From: Octopus vulgaris
Taxonomy: Eukaryota
Length of the DNA stretch: 64,000 bases
NCBI GenBank assembly: GCA_951406725.2
Contig: OX597815.1
Coordinates: 164,052,001-164,116,000 of the forward strand
Direction of reading: 5' to 3'
Shown here: piece by piece, positions 12,053 to 26,875 of the stretch
Layout of the letters: each line of letters opens with the position of its first letter
Numbering within the stretch: position 1 is the stretch's first letter
The notes under the pieces: model-generated
The model's input: the letters and a program-made list of their open reading frames with translations, nothing else
Databases searched by the model: none
What the model was told of the DNA's origin: nothing
Position numbers and translations under genes: made by a program

Positions 12053-13171
12053 TATAAATTTTAACGGAAAGGTTTGTGAAGAAAAAAAAAACGCATGCGA
12101 GGAATGAATGAATAAAATGATTGGTACCAATAGCTGGTCAGCCACTTAGTACCAATGAAAGAAACCGCGGTTTTCAGATCAAAATCTAGATTTCCGGAGC
12201 AACTGCCCAAAATTCTAGAATACCAAGAGCTAATGTTAGCTTCCGTCGATATCGTCTGACCTACTGACATAAGCTGAGAATAAGCCAGTGTTGGTCCCTG
12301 CTACCATTCTCATCCACCTTTCGAAACATTCATTGGAGGGCAGCATTTATCTCTCCACTTGCCAAATGAAACGTGAAAATTTGTTGGAAATTTAACTACA
12401 GATGTATATATCTGTTTTCAGTCCTTCCTAATCTTGTCTATCATATATTTTCGTCAGCCATGGCCACGAGACAAAAGACTTGCCGGTGGCAAGGAGATAC
12501 TCACGATCGGGTGAACAGATAGACGGATCTCTCCGGGATTTTACACCAACTCACACAACTCTGCATGTCAGCAATCCTCAGAAACTCAGTGAACTTTCAC
12601 CGAACGTTTCTATCACTCTTTGTGCAGCATGCAGTACAAGACAATTGATGGCACTATCATATCTGTAGCGTTTAGTTCCAAGTGGCACTTCCGTGCTCCC
12701 TGATGGAACTCCATGTCAGAATTTCTGTAATATGTTCATAGTGAAAGAGCTCAATAGATTCTGATGAAGACAGTTCAGTTTATACTGGTCGACGCCCAGC
12801 GTCTCGCAGATACAATGGGAGGCGACAAAAATCATCTGTATTCGACAGTAATAATATATACATAGATAAATATTTCCGTTCTGAATATAATGAAAGTGAA
12901 GTACCTATTAATTTTGGCTAGCAGCGTAAGAAGAAACTATTAATTTTAGAATGAATTTATGAGGAGTCATCTACGTATGTGCGTATGAATAAATATAAAT
13001 GTATTTGTGCGTGAATCTATGTATATACAAAATTAAGTATATGCTTTTATTGATATATATATATAGGTAAGTGTATATCTTTGTATATGCATGCATATCA
13101 AGTTTGTGTGTATCTCTGTAATTACCGGTTGGTTATGTACGTAGGTATATAAATATTTGTAAATATATATA

Positions 13172-13230
<59 letters not shown>

Positions 13231-14538
13231 AAATATATATATATATGTGTATATTTGTCGATATTTATATCTAAATATACACATACATGCATAAATACAT
13301 GCATACATAAATATATATACACTCACTCACATAAGTAAACATGTATGAATATATATGTGTGTGTGTGTGTGTGCGAGCATGTGTGTGTATGTGTGTGTGT
13401 GTGTTTGTATGTGCATGTATGCACACATACATACACATACGTTTATATATACACATATGTAGATTTGCATATCATGTCATTAGTAGCACAAATATCCAGA
13501 CTATCTTTATGGTGCCATAATGATATTTCATCATCGGTGTTGTAGACATTAATTAGGTTTTAAGAATATCATCTCTTATCACATCTAAATTTTATTGATA
13601 GTCTAAAGGGCGCAGGTCATTCAGAGTTCATGGTTTCCTATTGATATCGCCATCACTTCTGCTTATTTTTCAATATTCCTTTTGTGTTTGAATGGATTTA
13701 GTTACACTTCGATGTTATTCATTAGAAATTTTATTTAATATTAGTTCTTCTCAACAACACTGACGTTATTCAATAGATTCCTTTGTGTCTAGATCGTAGC
13801 CACAATGTTGAATATACCTACCTAATATTCACAGATATTTCTTTGAAATGTCTTGCCATTAGCATTCACCATTCTTCTGTGAATATTGCATCTACTAACA
13901 TTCTGTACACTTGAAGCTGTTCTGAAAGATTTTACTATACCTGAATTACTATATAAGATGAATTATCTGACCACAGACTAATCTTAATCTCAACTTTGTT
14001 ATTTTCCTTCTCATCATCACTATTACAACTCCTTAAGATCTTTGTTCGGTTAAATTAGCTGTCCTACTCTGCTACAGAAGCTACTTCTGAAAGGTGGTGG
14101 GTGTAGTTAACATACGTCAGGTCTAACTTTGAGTCTTTTCTAAGGAGGCGAAAGAAATAGTGGTGAGAGAAAAGAATATATGTAAAACGCGAGGTCGGAA
14201 TGTAGTTGTTATGAAGTCAGCGTTAGGGTTTTAGATTGATTAAGCGGAATGAATGTCAGGTTCTTAGCTGAATCATCTTAAATCTCATTATTGTCACTAT
14301 ATGCTTTGTCCCAGGCAAAGCATTAAAAGTCACTTGTTAGTAAAGCAGCAACACCGAAAGTGAAGCATACAAACATACATACACACAAACACACACACGC
14401 ACATATATTTTCATATATTCTATATATTTGTGAAACATATATGCTGTTATATAATATATATCTATATATACATATATATATGTGTGTATATATATATATG
14501 TATATGTATATATGTGTATATATATGTATATATTATTA

Positions 14539-14591
<53 letters not shown>

Positions 14592-15785
14592 AGCGAGAGA
14601 GAGAGAAAGGAACCAAACAAAAATTTGTCACAGACATCTTGTATTTTTTTTCTGTTAGTTTCCAAGTAGTTGAAATTTGAAGATAAAGATCTAGCCACTG
14701 CTCGCCATTATTTCAATGTGACCGTTGGTTCCATTATGAAATCTGATTTTATCTCGGTAATATAATTTAATCTTCTACTTCTATTTCCTATCAATAATCA
14801 TGATCTTTTACAAATGGTTTGCTTTTACTGCTAATTGTGTCTGTTTAAGTCAGTCAGGAATTCTGTCTTCAACATTCATTGTTCATAAATTGTTACCGTG
14901 AATTACATTTCATTCCTAATATTCTCATATGTCACTTTAGTTTCTTAGGAAAGGTTATATAACTCTTATTATATAGCTACTATTCAATAGTAACCAGTTC
15001 ATCACAGTACATATGTTTCCAGTAGCAGCTGGTGATAAATTCTGTCTCAAGGTGTTGTTATGCAAATTGACCGTTTCAATTGGTAAATGCCTTAGATTAC
15101 TCTGCACGTACATACATACACATACTCACTCAAGAATATGCACACAGACACACAGACACACATTTATATATATGTGCTGGCTTACATTTATAGTCTTCGT
15201 TGACCAACATTTCCATTTGTCTACTGTTAGAAATACAAGTATTGTATTATTTATTATTAACACTGTCAAGGGAAGCAACCTGGAACAAACGGCAAAGCGT
15301 GAGATGTGCTAATCTACATTATTGTTCGGTTTCATATTTCTTCAAGAATTTGTTCTGTGTTCAAATTCCATCACCATATGACTTTGGCATATTATTTTCT
15401 CGATAGGGTGTCAAAAATATAGTAACCATTCGTTGTTGATTACTCCTAGGTCAGCATTCATCGAGTGGGCCTAACTTCAAAAACATTCCAGCTGTGACCA
15501 TCTCGTCTTTTAATGTACAATATATTTAACCTTTATTTAAGACGGTAGTATATTATTTGAAAGAGATTTAATGATTATCGGATGTGATTTAAGAGAATAT
15601 AGCTGCTATTTCTAAATGTAAGTTAAAAATATATGAACACCATAAAGTAAAAGAGAAACAAACGTTAAATTTTTTACCTCATATTTTTATGATTTGTCTC
15701 CATAAAATGTCTTTACAAAGAGGAAATTATTTTAGGGCTAAGCGATAAAATAGATGTGGTCAATATAAATTTGAAACTAAGTTAA

Positions 15786-16422
15786 CAATGCGTCCATGCT
15801 GCCAACAAAGCACGCGGAGTTCTGTTTTTGATTCGACGATCATTTGGAATGCTCACAACAGCCATATTCCTACCGCTCTATGTCACGCTGGTGAGACCCA
15901 TATTGGAGTACGGGATTCAAGCCTCTTCTCCTTATCTACTCAAAAACATACATCATCTCGAAAGAGTCCAGAAGCTGGCTACCCGCATGGTTCTTGGTCT
16001 CAAGCATGTGTCTTATGAAGAAAGGCTGAAGACGCTCGACCTTTATTCTCTAGAAAAACGACGACGCCGTGGTGATCTCATTCTCGCTCACATCATAAGC
16101 GGAAAGTGTAACCTCTCGAAAGAGCTGTTCTTCACTCCTGCTCCAGAGCGTCGGCTGCGGGGTCACTCCGAAAATCTCTATCTGCGACGATTTCATCTCA
16201 ATCGGAGGAGAGGGGCTTTTTTCCTCCGGGTTGCGGATCCGTGGAATAAGCTGCCGGACGAGATAATGAAGATGCCGACGACCGCTCGGTTCAAAGACTC
16301 TCTTGACCAGAAATGGCCTGAACTCTTTGCATGAACACCCTCCCTGTACATAACTCCATGTCCCCCTACATGGCCTTGCTTTTGCTTTTTTGAGCCAAAA
16401 AATTAATAAACTAACTAACTAA
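15786..16422 (+). mobile_element. CR1-clade LINE 3' fragment (RT C-terminus, ORF 15828-16334)
   Basis: LYVTLVRPILEYG..LERVQKLATR..SYEERL..RRRRGDLI..LRGH..WNKLP; short 3'UTR ending in (CTAA)n; 5' truncated. Confidence 0.9.
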
Positions 16423-16820
16423 TTGTAAACTGATTTATTTGCTGTTTTTCACGGAAACTAATTTTACCACTTTTTTGAGAGAGAACAAAGAAAACAGAGT
16501 TGCAGCTAATTTCTTGGCGTAGGCAAAGCTGATTGGTTAAGATAATGTCCGTTTCGAAGTCTTATTGATCCTGCTAAGATCCTAATGCACAGTTTTTGGG
16601 GCAAGCATTTATTCCGACATAAATTTGGTTAAACCTCTGTGAGTGAAACTGATTAGATTGCTGTAAAAATAGTCTGAAAGCTTTCCGGCTGGTTTTAACA
16701 GTAATGTGGTTAGCGTAGTAGCATTGGCCAGAATTGTGGGTGACGAGTTATCTATACAGTTCTATATTTAAGAGATGAGGAATTAAGTACATTATTTATA
16801 TTATTTACATTTCACGGAAA

Positions 16821-16994
16821 AATGGAAACCACCTTCCCCTGTGGGATGAAGTAAAAATAATAGACAGAGAACACCACTGGAAAATACGAAAACTAAAAGA
16901 AGCAGCACATATGCTAGGACACAACAACCTCCCAAGCAGACCGAGTGCAGATATGAACAGCATACGGGAACCGCTATTAAGGAAGGGTAGGTAA
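16821..16994 (+). pseudogene. Penelope-like element GIY-YIG endonuclease C-terminal fragment
   Basis: NGNHLPLWDEVKIIDREHHWKIRKLKEAAHMLGHNNLPSRPSADMNSIREPLLRKGR* fits the PLE pattern H..xW..vKIL..E....R..KEA.hI. Confidence 0.75.
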
Positions 16995-17030
16995 ATATTA
17001 GATTTACAAGCCCTAAAATTCACTCCATAA

Positions 17031-17095
17031 TTGCCCACGTAGTGGTTAAGAGCGCGGGCTACTAACCCCAAGATTCCGAGTTCGATTCCAGGCAG
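17031..17095 (+). other. tRNA-like Pol III A/B-box module just downstream of the PLE ORF
   Basis: tagtggttaag A-box-like, ggg-ctactaa-ccc arm, GTTCGATTC B box 17080-17088, ttgcc/ggcag acceptor-like stem; followed by (AAT)n. Confidence 0.6.
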
Positions 17096-17164
<69 letters not shown>

Positions 17165-17170
<6 letters not shown>

Positions 17171-17928
17171 TACACAAAGATGAAAATAGCACTGAAATCT
17201 CATTTTAACATCAAAACTTACATAAACATATCTTGAAATACTAAAGAGTAAACTTATTCAATAAAATCGCCATTGGCTTCAACCACGGCCTCCTAACGAC
17301 TTCGGAATCTTCTGCAACTCTTCTGGACGATTTTCTTGTTTAAGTTGGTGAATACTGCCAAAATCCTTGTCTTCAGTTCATTTTTGGTATTACAAAGAGC
17401 TTTGCTGATCTCTCGCTCAATTGCTCCCCACACATAATAATCTAGAGGGTTGCAGTCTGGGGAGTTAGGTGGCCAGATGTTAGGGGTGATGCGGTTGCAG
17501 AAATTGTCTGAGAAGTATGACTGGGTTCTCCTGCTTGTGTGGCATGATGCAGAGCCCTGTTGCCAGATATAGGGTCTTCTAGCAGCCACCCAAACCAGCA
17601 TTACCTCCACCAGGCATTTGATGTAGGCTATGACTGGTTATTTGATCTTTATCACTCTTGGTACATGTCTTCAGATTGCACTGTCCTCAGATTGACACCC
17701 AAACACTCTGAAATGTTCGTATTGGAGCTTCCGGCGCGAATGCCAAGCAGTATAGCATATCGTTTTCAAATTTCTGACAGAGTGAATTGCATCATGGTGC
17801 TGTATTTCTCACAGACGGTACCCAACTTACTCTACTATACTGTGTAGTCTAAAAAATCATAAACAAAATTTGCACATGCGCGAAATTAATAATATAATAG
17901 GGTGACAATTTATCCATAGCACCCTATG
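17165..17928 (-). mobile_element. Tc1/mariner-superfamily transposon, internally deleted
   Basis: WQQGSASCH..WPPNSPDCNPLDYYVWG in ORF 17293-17610; N-terminus MMQFTLSEI*KRYAILLGIRAG near 17795. Confidence 0.9.
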
Positions 17929-18086
17929 TGTATATGTATATATATACGCACACACACATATATATATACAATATGTATATATATATATACACACACACAC
18001 ACATATATATATATATACATATATATGTATATATATATATACACACACATATATATACATACACACACACACACACACACTCACAC

Positions 18087-18152
<66 letters not shown>

Positions 18153-18631
18153 ATGTATTTATGTATGTATGCATGTGTCCACAGTCATACGTACAGTCCT
18201 ATATCAGCATTTTTACGTATTTGTGCACTTACTCTCTGTCTCTCTTTCTCTCTCCTTGAGAATTTTATTTCGTTGCTAAATAATTTCAGTTGACTATTAT
18301 TAAATGTATTTAGTCTCTATTGAGTTATTGATTTAAATAATTTTTTTCTCTCTTGTTGTTGTTGTAGTAGTTGTATTCTTGTATTTCACATTTTTTTGTT
18401 TTGTTTTGCTTTTTTTTTTGTTCCTTGCTTCTATTTTATATTTGTTCCAATATCTGCTTCATACTAAACACAAAATAGTTTAAGCATGATTTGTTGTCAA
18501 TAAGACCGGGAGATGTCTGTGAAGTGCTTTTTTTGCACCAATTTATTATTAGCTGAGGTGAGAAATTTTTTGCTTGATTAAATATTCATAGAAGCAGTGA
18601 GAATGTCATTAATGAGTCGAGCTACATATAA

Positions 18632-18665
<34 letters not shown>

Positions 18666-18670
18666 GGTGG

Positions 18671-18701
<31 letters not shown>

Positions 18702-19504
18702 ACTCATGATGATTACTGAGCGGAATTCTCGAGTTTCCCGACATCGATTGGTTTCTTAGTAAATATTTTAATTCCTTTTTCATTATTTTTTCCCCATATT
18801 TTTTATCGCTTGCATAATTATAAATGATGTAACAGGCATCTTTGAGTGTACGTAAGGGAAAATTTGTGCGTACTTATATATATATATGTATGTTTGGATG
18901 GATGGCATGTTTGCATGAATGTGTATCTCAGCGTGTGTTCATAGATGTGTGTGTATTAGTCTATGTACGTAACATATAGATGCTATGTTTAGAATTTTAT
19001 CAAGAGAAACATAGAATATTAACCAACCACTGTAGGTTAATGTAAACTTGCAGAATGCTAAACATTTAAGAATATTTCATTGAAAAAGAAAAACAAAACA
19101 AAACGAAAAGATTTTAGTGTTAACTGTTTTTTTAACTTATTCAAACGAAAGTTAGAAAATGAATCTTTAAGTGTATTTAAACAAACTTAGTCTTGCTGTG
19201 AAGATTATTTCTGGATAAAACGCGAGTTAATGAACAAATATGATTAGCAACTAGGTTCTCATGATTTTCAAAAGTCACTTTAGAGATTTTTTGAAGCTGA
19301 GAACACCTGGCAATTTTTTTACTGTTTCTTTCTCCGAATTTGGCAATGTGAATAATATGATTTTGCTGTGACGTCACAAACATAGATCAAGGTATTTGTA
19401 ACTAACACCAGATATATACGTATACACACAGGCATAAAGGTGCATACATACACAAACACACTCACACACGCACATATACATGTATGAATGAATGTATGTA
19501 CGTA

Positions 19505-19875
19505 CGTATGTATGTTTTTCTTTGAATTTTAAATCCTTTTTAAGAGATAGCAAGCCGGTCGCTAAGAAAGCGACAAGACATCTTGTGTCAAGGGAGTTCC
19601 TGGTGTTTGTGAATATGTGTGGTTGAGTTGGTGGGTTGGCGAAGCGGTTGGTGCACAGATCCAAGTGTGCAGCTCTATTTACCTAAAGAATCTCAGTTGG
19701 AGAATCTTTGGAATGTCTTACAAATTTTCACTGTACCACTAATAGATTGTATTTGGAGAATCTGCGTCAGTTTCTTTTGCTGTTTCTTCGAAAAACCTAG
19801 TATTTCTAAGTTTTGTGTAAATTTATTGGTACATAACCTAATGTATTTATAATGTTGGGTACAAATAAGAGTTAA
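19505..19875 (-). mobile_element. RLE-type LINE 3' end in (CATA)n
   Basis: LGFSKKQQKKLTQILQIQSISGTVKICKTF matches LGFSEREIDQLIHISQMQSVSGIVKICKT at 63.3k; (TATG)n on both sides. Confidence 0.75.
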
Positions 19876-19911
19876 TATGTATACATGCATGTATGTATTT
19901 ATGTATGTATG

Positions 19912-20039
19912 TCATTATTCAGTTTTATTTCAAGATTTGTCGCCAACAGAGAGTCAGTTTCCAACCAGGATCCAAAGCTCCTTCACTGGAATTTCAACAT
20001 CAACAACTGGGTATTTTTGTATGTATGTATGTATGTATG

Positions 20040-20070
<31 letters not shown>

Positions 20071-20165
20071 GTATGTATGTCATTATTCCGTTTTATTTCA
20101 AGATTTGTTGCCAATAGAGAGAGAGAGAGAGAGAGAGAGTTGGTTTCTAATTTAGATCCAAGGCT
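19912..20165 (-). mobile_element. Two short 3'-UTR fragments of an RLE LINE in (TATG)n
   Basis: cattattc(a/c)gttttatttcaagatttgt duplicated; minus-strand gttggaaac..ctc motif as at 63407. Confidence 0.55.
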
Positions 20166-20375
20166 CCTGCATTCTCCGTCGTGAATGCTAAGGAGTACGA
20201 CGTGTCGTTTCCAAATTTCTGGCAGAGTGAATTGCGTCATGGTGCTGGTTTCTCACAGTCAGTGCCCAACTGACCCTACCGTACTGTGTAGTAACAAAAT
20301 CAAGAACAAACAATGCGCATACGCGAAATTAAAACTATAAATATAAAATGCCGACTGTTTACCCATCACACCCTC
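20160..20375 (-). mobile_element. Tc1/mariner 5' end fragment, same family as 17165-17928
   Basis: MTQFTLPEIWKRHVVLL; DNA similar to 17730-17925. Confidence 0.8.
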
Positions 20376-20379
20376 TGTC

Positions 20380-20985
<606 letters not shown>

Positions 20986-21187
20986 GAGATAGATTTTTAA
21001 TCATATTCACTTAACAGCAAACTCCACCTGTTCCACTCTGTATCCGAATACTTATTGATAATGAAATAGAGAGGAGTAAAATAGTTAAATTGAAATTTAA
21101 ATGGTAGTTCACTGATAAGGTCTTTCCCTACCATCTATTCAGATCATGTTCGTGCCCATGCTTTTTTTACCCTCATATGTGTGTGTT

Positions 21188-21261
<74 letters not shown>

Positions 21262-21269
21262 ACTAGTGA

Positions 21270-21440
21270 TCTTAGGTTTTTTTTCTCTCCCTCTATTTTT
21301 TCCTTTCACCCCTTTCTGTCGAAAAGCATAGGCTCGAAACGTCAATGACTTTTTCTTTTTTCTTAAGCGTCAAACTGATACACCTGTTTGTTGTTTTCTC
21401 TCACCTGTCTCTCTATCTTGTTTCCTGTACATTTGAACCA
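21270..21440 (+). mobile_element. Short HHR-bearing element (CUGU-core family), copy 2
   Basis: cttt CTGTCGA aaagc atag gctc GAAAC GTC aatg at 21312-21347. Confidence 0.75.
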
Positions 21441-21469
21441 CATAGATATTTATCTATTTGTCTCTCTCT

Positions 21470-21516
<47 letters not shown>

Positions 21517-22018
21517 ATATATTTATATATATGGGGTGGTATGAATGTTTGTATATAAGTATGTATTATGTGCTGTTTGTGGGGAAGGGACATGACACTT
21601 GCAGCTTCTTCGATACGTGTGAGATTAATGGCAGTGGTAATATAGAGAGATTGTCTATACATTCATATTGTTATGTAACCTATACTGCAGCTTTATGGTT
21701 ATATTTACTTTAATTCTTCTGAATTACGCTGTATTGTGCATAGATTATTATTTAATTAAGAACGAGCCGTCAGAAGCACAAATATGCAAATCAGAGTATC
21801 CACTAACGTACTGGCTTAATTTATGAGTGCTTTCTTAGTAGTTGATCTATGCTGTTGATTGCAGAAGGAAAACTGGTTCCAACCAGAGGAGTGCTCAGCA
21901 AACCGTAAAACATTCCATAGGAGATGCCCTCCGTATTTCACACACATCACCTGGTTTTTAAATATGTTTTTACATCCACATTTAACACATAGGAAGGCTT
22001 CATAATATGTATATATAT

Positions 22019-22180
22019 GCGTAGGAGTGGCTGTGTGGTAAGTAACTTGCTTACCAACCACATTGTTCCGGGTTCAGTCCCACTGGGCAAGTGTCTTCTA
22101 CTATAGCCTCGGGCCGACCAAAGCCTTGTGAGTGGATTTGGATGACAGAAACTGAAAGAAGCCCGTCGTATATACATATA

Positions 22181-22224
<44 letters not shown>

Positions 22225-22395
22225 TGTGTATGTGCTTGTCCCCCCCACCCTCAACATCGTTTGACAACCGATGCTGGTATGTTTACGTCCCCGTAACTTC
22301 GCAGTTCGGCAAAAGACACCGATAGAATAAGTACTAGGCTTAAAAAGAATAAGTCCTGGGTTCTATTTGCTCGACTAAAGGGGGGTGCTCCAGCA
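22019..22395 (+). mobile_element. SINE family A
   Basis: gcgtaggagtggctgtgtggtaag...gggttcagtccc...gtgctccagca. Confidence 0.9.
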
Positions 22396-22881
22396 CATAC
22401 ATATGTACGTGTGTGTGTGTCTGTGCGTGTGTGCGTATGTGTATGTATGTGTGTGTGTGTTATTTCTCTCGTCTCTAGTTTCTGCTGCTCTCGTTCTGTG
22501 TTTTCTCTCTTTCCACCCCACCCCCGCCTCATTATCTTTCTCTCTTTATTGCTCTATTCCGCTCTGTTTATCTACCGCCTTCTCTATGCATCTCTCTATC
22601 TGTCTTTCTCTCTTTCTCTCTCTCACCCTCTCTCTCTCACTCTCTCTCCCCTTCACTTTCTAACTCTCCCTATCTGCACGTCGCATCGATTCTACAAGAT
22701 GCCCCAATTGGCAGCTGTCAATTTTAGTCGACATTTAAAAAACATCGAGAATAATCTATTTAAAGAGGAAATAACTTAGCACTGATGAGAAAATTGTTGG
22801 GGATGTGTTAAGATCTGCTTTCAGTCGGTGTGTAAGTACCTACAGTATGTGTGTGCAAATAAGTGCACAACTGTGATTACA

Positions 22882-22952
<71 letters not shown>

Positions 22953-22953
22953 T

Positions 22954-23006
<53 letters not shown>

Positions 23007-23042
23007 TACATACATACATACATTCATATGCACATATATATA

Positions 23043-23084
<42 letters not shown>

Positions 23085-23935
23085 GTTTAAGTAGATTCAT
23101 ATGACAAAGAGCAGATCACACGTTAAGTGAAGCAGGTGTGCAAGGCAGCCAAGTCTCATGATAATGAACTTAACCCGGAGTGCTTGGCTGTGATTTTGAA
23201 GTTGTTAGTAACGTGAAGTGACTATCTGTTAGCGTATCGGTATGTACGTGTGCACGTATAAACTTACCTGTACTGTATGACGCCAGAAACATAACTGTAC
23301 ATAGTTTTCATAGGCAGAAATTCGAATGATCATTTTAAGGTTAATGCTCGTGTGGTAGATGATGCTAGTGGTGTTGCTGTTGTCGATGTCATTGTCGATG
23401 CTGCCTTGTGTTGTTCAGCTCTGATGAAGTTCAGCTATGCCTCATGAGTATCTCATTAAAAACCGGAGAAGAGTCTAAGGATGCATATTCTCCAGTTGTA
23501 TCTATAGTGAGATATTCTTGTTTGGACAGAGATCACAGAGATCACTTTCTAACAAAAGGCTATGTTGTAGTTTTGTTTTATAAGCCCCAAGTTACCCCAG
23601 ACAGCAGAGCCGTCTTAGTAGTGATATAGTTCCTGGACAAATCAATGCAGTAGGGTTTATAACATATATTTATTGACAACAAACTGCAACTTACATATGA
23701 TAGAAATATATATACATAGATCAGAACTGGTCCCCGTGAGCCGTAAGGCTCCTGAGCAATTTCCCAGTATGTCAATGCTTTGAGACAGACTAGATCAAAG
23801 ATCAAAAGCGATCTGGTCATGAGTGTCAAATGTTCTTGTATATCCTGGAGTGCAGTTTCCAATGTGTCTTTAGTTTAGTGGGGTAAATATATATCTGTAA
23901 ATATATTTAGAGATAGATATGATTCTGAAAACAGA

Positions 23936-24303
23936 AAATAAGAGCACTCAGAGAGCGCAAACCTCCGCCAAGGCAACACCAACATTCTCTCAACGATTAG
24001 CCAGAGATGCTTTTTAAAATGAGAATATCTGAAATAAACTCGACTGCTCTCACAAACGAGAATACTAAAAATGAACCCGACCGCTCTCAAATTTAAGTAA
24101 AAAATAACAAGAAAAATAATCCAGAACCCTGTCCGGGATCAGATCGATCCCCAAATCTAATCAGTTCGTACCAGTCATGAGGCCAAACATCCCTCAAAGT
24201 TTTATCTCAATCCATCCAGTGGTTCTTGAGATATCTTGTCTATGGACAAAGAAACAAACACGACTAAAAACAATACCTCTACCTTAGCTAAGGCAAAGAT
24301 AAT
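23936..24303 (+). mobile_element. Helentron-associated non-autonomous element (HINE/DINE-1-like)
   Basis: aataagagcactcagagagcgcaaacctccgcc start; subterminal aaaacaatacctc plus hairpin ccttagctaagg at the end. Confidence 0.6.
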
Positions 24304-24513
24304 AATATATTCATCTTAAATATGAACAGACACTATAGACACTAGGGTCTTCGGAATACCAGCCAAATAGCAAGTGAATACTTCATATGAAATTCAGGAT
24401 AACAGAATGTATAGGCATGGAAATATAATAAGTATATGTGTGTGTGTATATATACATACACACACACATATATTTTCTTGTGTAGTATATATATATGTAT
24501 ATATAAAGATATG

Positions 24514-24601
<88 letters not shown>

Positions 24602-24606
24602 CAGAC

Positions 24607-24686
<80 letters not shown>

Positions 24687-24799
24687 GGATATAGATATAG
24701 ATATGTAGATAGATATATATATGCATATATATTTTCTTATGTAGTATGCATAAAGCCCATAAAGTAACTTTAAAATGGGTAACCTTTTGAAACTCTGTT

Positions 24800-24888
24800 C
24801 ATCCTGACGAAGGGAGGGAGTCATTGCCTAAGGTGCGTATAGCGTGTATGGAGTAAACAGCAATGAACTCCCGAAATGGCCAGAGATG
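24800..24888 (+). ncRNA. Type I hammerhead motif with long stem II (degenerate cleavage site)
   Basis: cauc CUGACGA a gggag..ucauugc...gcaauga..cuccc GAAA uggcca ga gaug. Confidence 0.55.
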
Positions 24889-25184
24889 TTGGATGTTAAA
24901 TTACCTTTTGGAATGGTTCGAAAAGATGTGGATTTGTTACCCGATTGGATTCATATCATGCTCCTGCAATTATCATGGACTACGGCTATATTGACTTTTA
25001 TATTTTGTATATAATTTTCATAGTTGGGTACAATTCTTTTTCATATACTTTTCTCTTTAAATTTTTAGTCGATTAGCTTACAGTAATAATCTTTTAATCT
25101 TTTTTAGATAATTTTTAATCGATTTTTATATACGTTTTCTGGGCAGGTCCTGTGTATTTTATAATTCGCTTTCCCTTTCTCTTT

Positions 25185-25400
25185 TTTCTCTTTTACTTGT
25201 TTCAGTCATTTGACTGCGGCCATGCTGGAGCACCGCCTTTAGTCGAGCAAATCGACTCCAGGACTTTGTAAGCCTAGTACTTATTCTATCGGTCTCTTTT
25301 GCCGAACCACTAGGTAACGGGGACGTAAACACACCAGCATCGGTTGTCAAGCGATGTTGGGGGTGGGGGTGGGGGGCAAACACAGACACACAAACATATG

Positions 25401-25480
<80 letters not shown>

Positions 25481-25643
25481 AATACGATGGGCTTCTTTCA
25501 GTTTCCGTCTACCAAATCCACTCACAAGGATTTGGTCGGCCCGTGGCTATAGTAAAAGACACTTGCCCAAGGTGCCACGCAGTGGGAATGAACCCGGAAC
25601 CATGTGGTTGGTAGGCAAGTTACTTATCACACAGCCACTCCTC
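25185..25643 (-). mobile_element. SINE family A, full length
   Basis: Complete reverse-complement copy. Confidence 0.9.
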
Positions 25644-25907
25644 ATATATAATTCTTTATATATGCATTTTACCTGGTGCTTGTTTTTTTTGACATTTGAA
25701 AGCCATGGTATCATTTTTATGTAAAGAAGAGTAGAAGCGTGGATATATGAAGTTTGTTATCATTTCAATATTTGTTCTTAAATTATATTATTGATTTGTG
25801 TCTCTGGCTCAATATCATTTGAGCACTTCTCTCCGGCAGTCCTGTATATATTCATCTTTTTCAATCGAAAGAAACGTAATTTATAATTCACACGTGTTAT
25901 ATATATA

Positions 25908-26233
25908 TGGCTCAGTGGTTAGAGCGTCGAGCTTACGATCGTGAGGTTGTGACCTCGAATCCCGGTCCGGACTGCGTGTTGTGTTCTTGAGCAAAGCACT
26001 TTATTTTCACGTTGCTCCAGTTCACTCAGCTGTAGAAATGAGTTGCGACGTCACAGGTGCTAGGCTGTATCGACCTTTGTCTTTCCCTTGGATAACACTG
26101 GTGGCGTGGAGAGGGGAGGCTGGTATGCATGGGCGACTGCTGGTCTTCCATATACAACCTTGCCAGGACTTGTGTCTAGGAGGGTAACTTTCTAGGTGCA
26201 ATCCCATGGTCATTCATGACCGAAGGGGGTCTT

Positions 26234-26234
<1 letters not shown>
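25908..26234 (+). mobile_element. SINE family C, full length
   Basis: tggctcagtggttagagcg A box, cctcgaatccc B box; reverse complement of 30600-30924. Confidence 0.9.
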
Positions 26235-26282
<48 letters not shown>

Positions 26283-26373
26283 TTAGAGACAATTAATATT
26301 AATTTTACTATAATATAATTGGATTCCTAAATCTGATTTTTCCCTGTAAATTTGGATCTATTCCCTAATATTT

Positions 26374-26431
<58 letters not shown>

Positions 26432-26736
26432 TATATATATATGCATATGTGCATATATTTCTGTGTGTGTATGTATATGTAAGCATACATATGTGCGTAT
26501 ATATCTGTGTGTGAGTGTATGCATGTGTGTAATTTCATTCCTGGAGTTTCTTACAATGAATATACCAACGTCACAATCAGTATATTTCCGGGATTAGCAG
26601 TTTGTATGGAATACCGGAATACATTTTTTTTATTTCCTTGCCTAAACATTCCGTTAGCCTAGGTCTCTTCGAGGTGCTGATTTGGCATTCACCTGGACTT
26701 CCGAAGTCCTTACATCAGTATGTTTGTCTATCTGTT

Positions 26737-26787
<51 letters not shown>

Positions 26788-26843
26788 CTCTCTCCCTCTC
26801 TCTCCCTCTCTCTCCACATACACACGCTCACACACATACACAG

Positions 26844-26875
<32 letters not shown>

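Noticed and set aside
12060-15050. Complex sequence possibly of old TE or exon origin
   Set aside because: No motif recognised in any frame; would need blastx
21855-21910. Possible micro-exon after ttgattgcag
   Set aside because: Weak donor and polypyrimidine tract; no recognisable peptide
23420-23480. CTGATGAAG as a hammerhead (also near 12772)
   Set aside because: No stem II/GAAA/UH arrangement found
25908-25975. tRNA gene (also other SINE heads and 17031-17095)
   Set aside because: Incomplete cloverleaf; heads continue into SINE bodies or microsatellite
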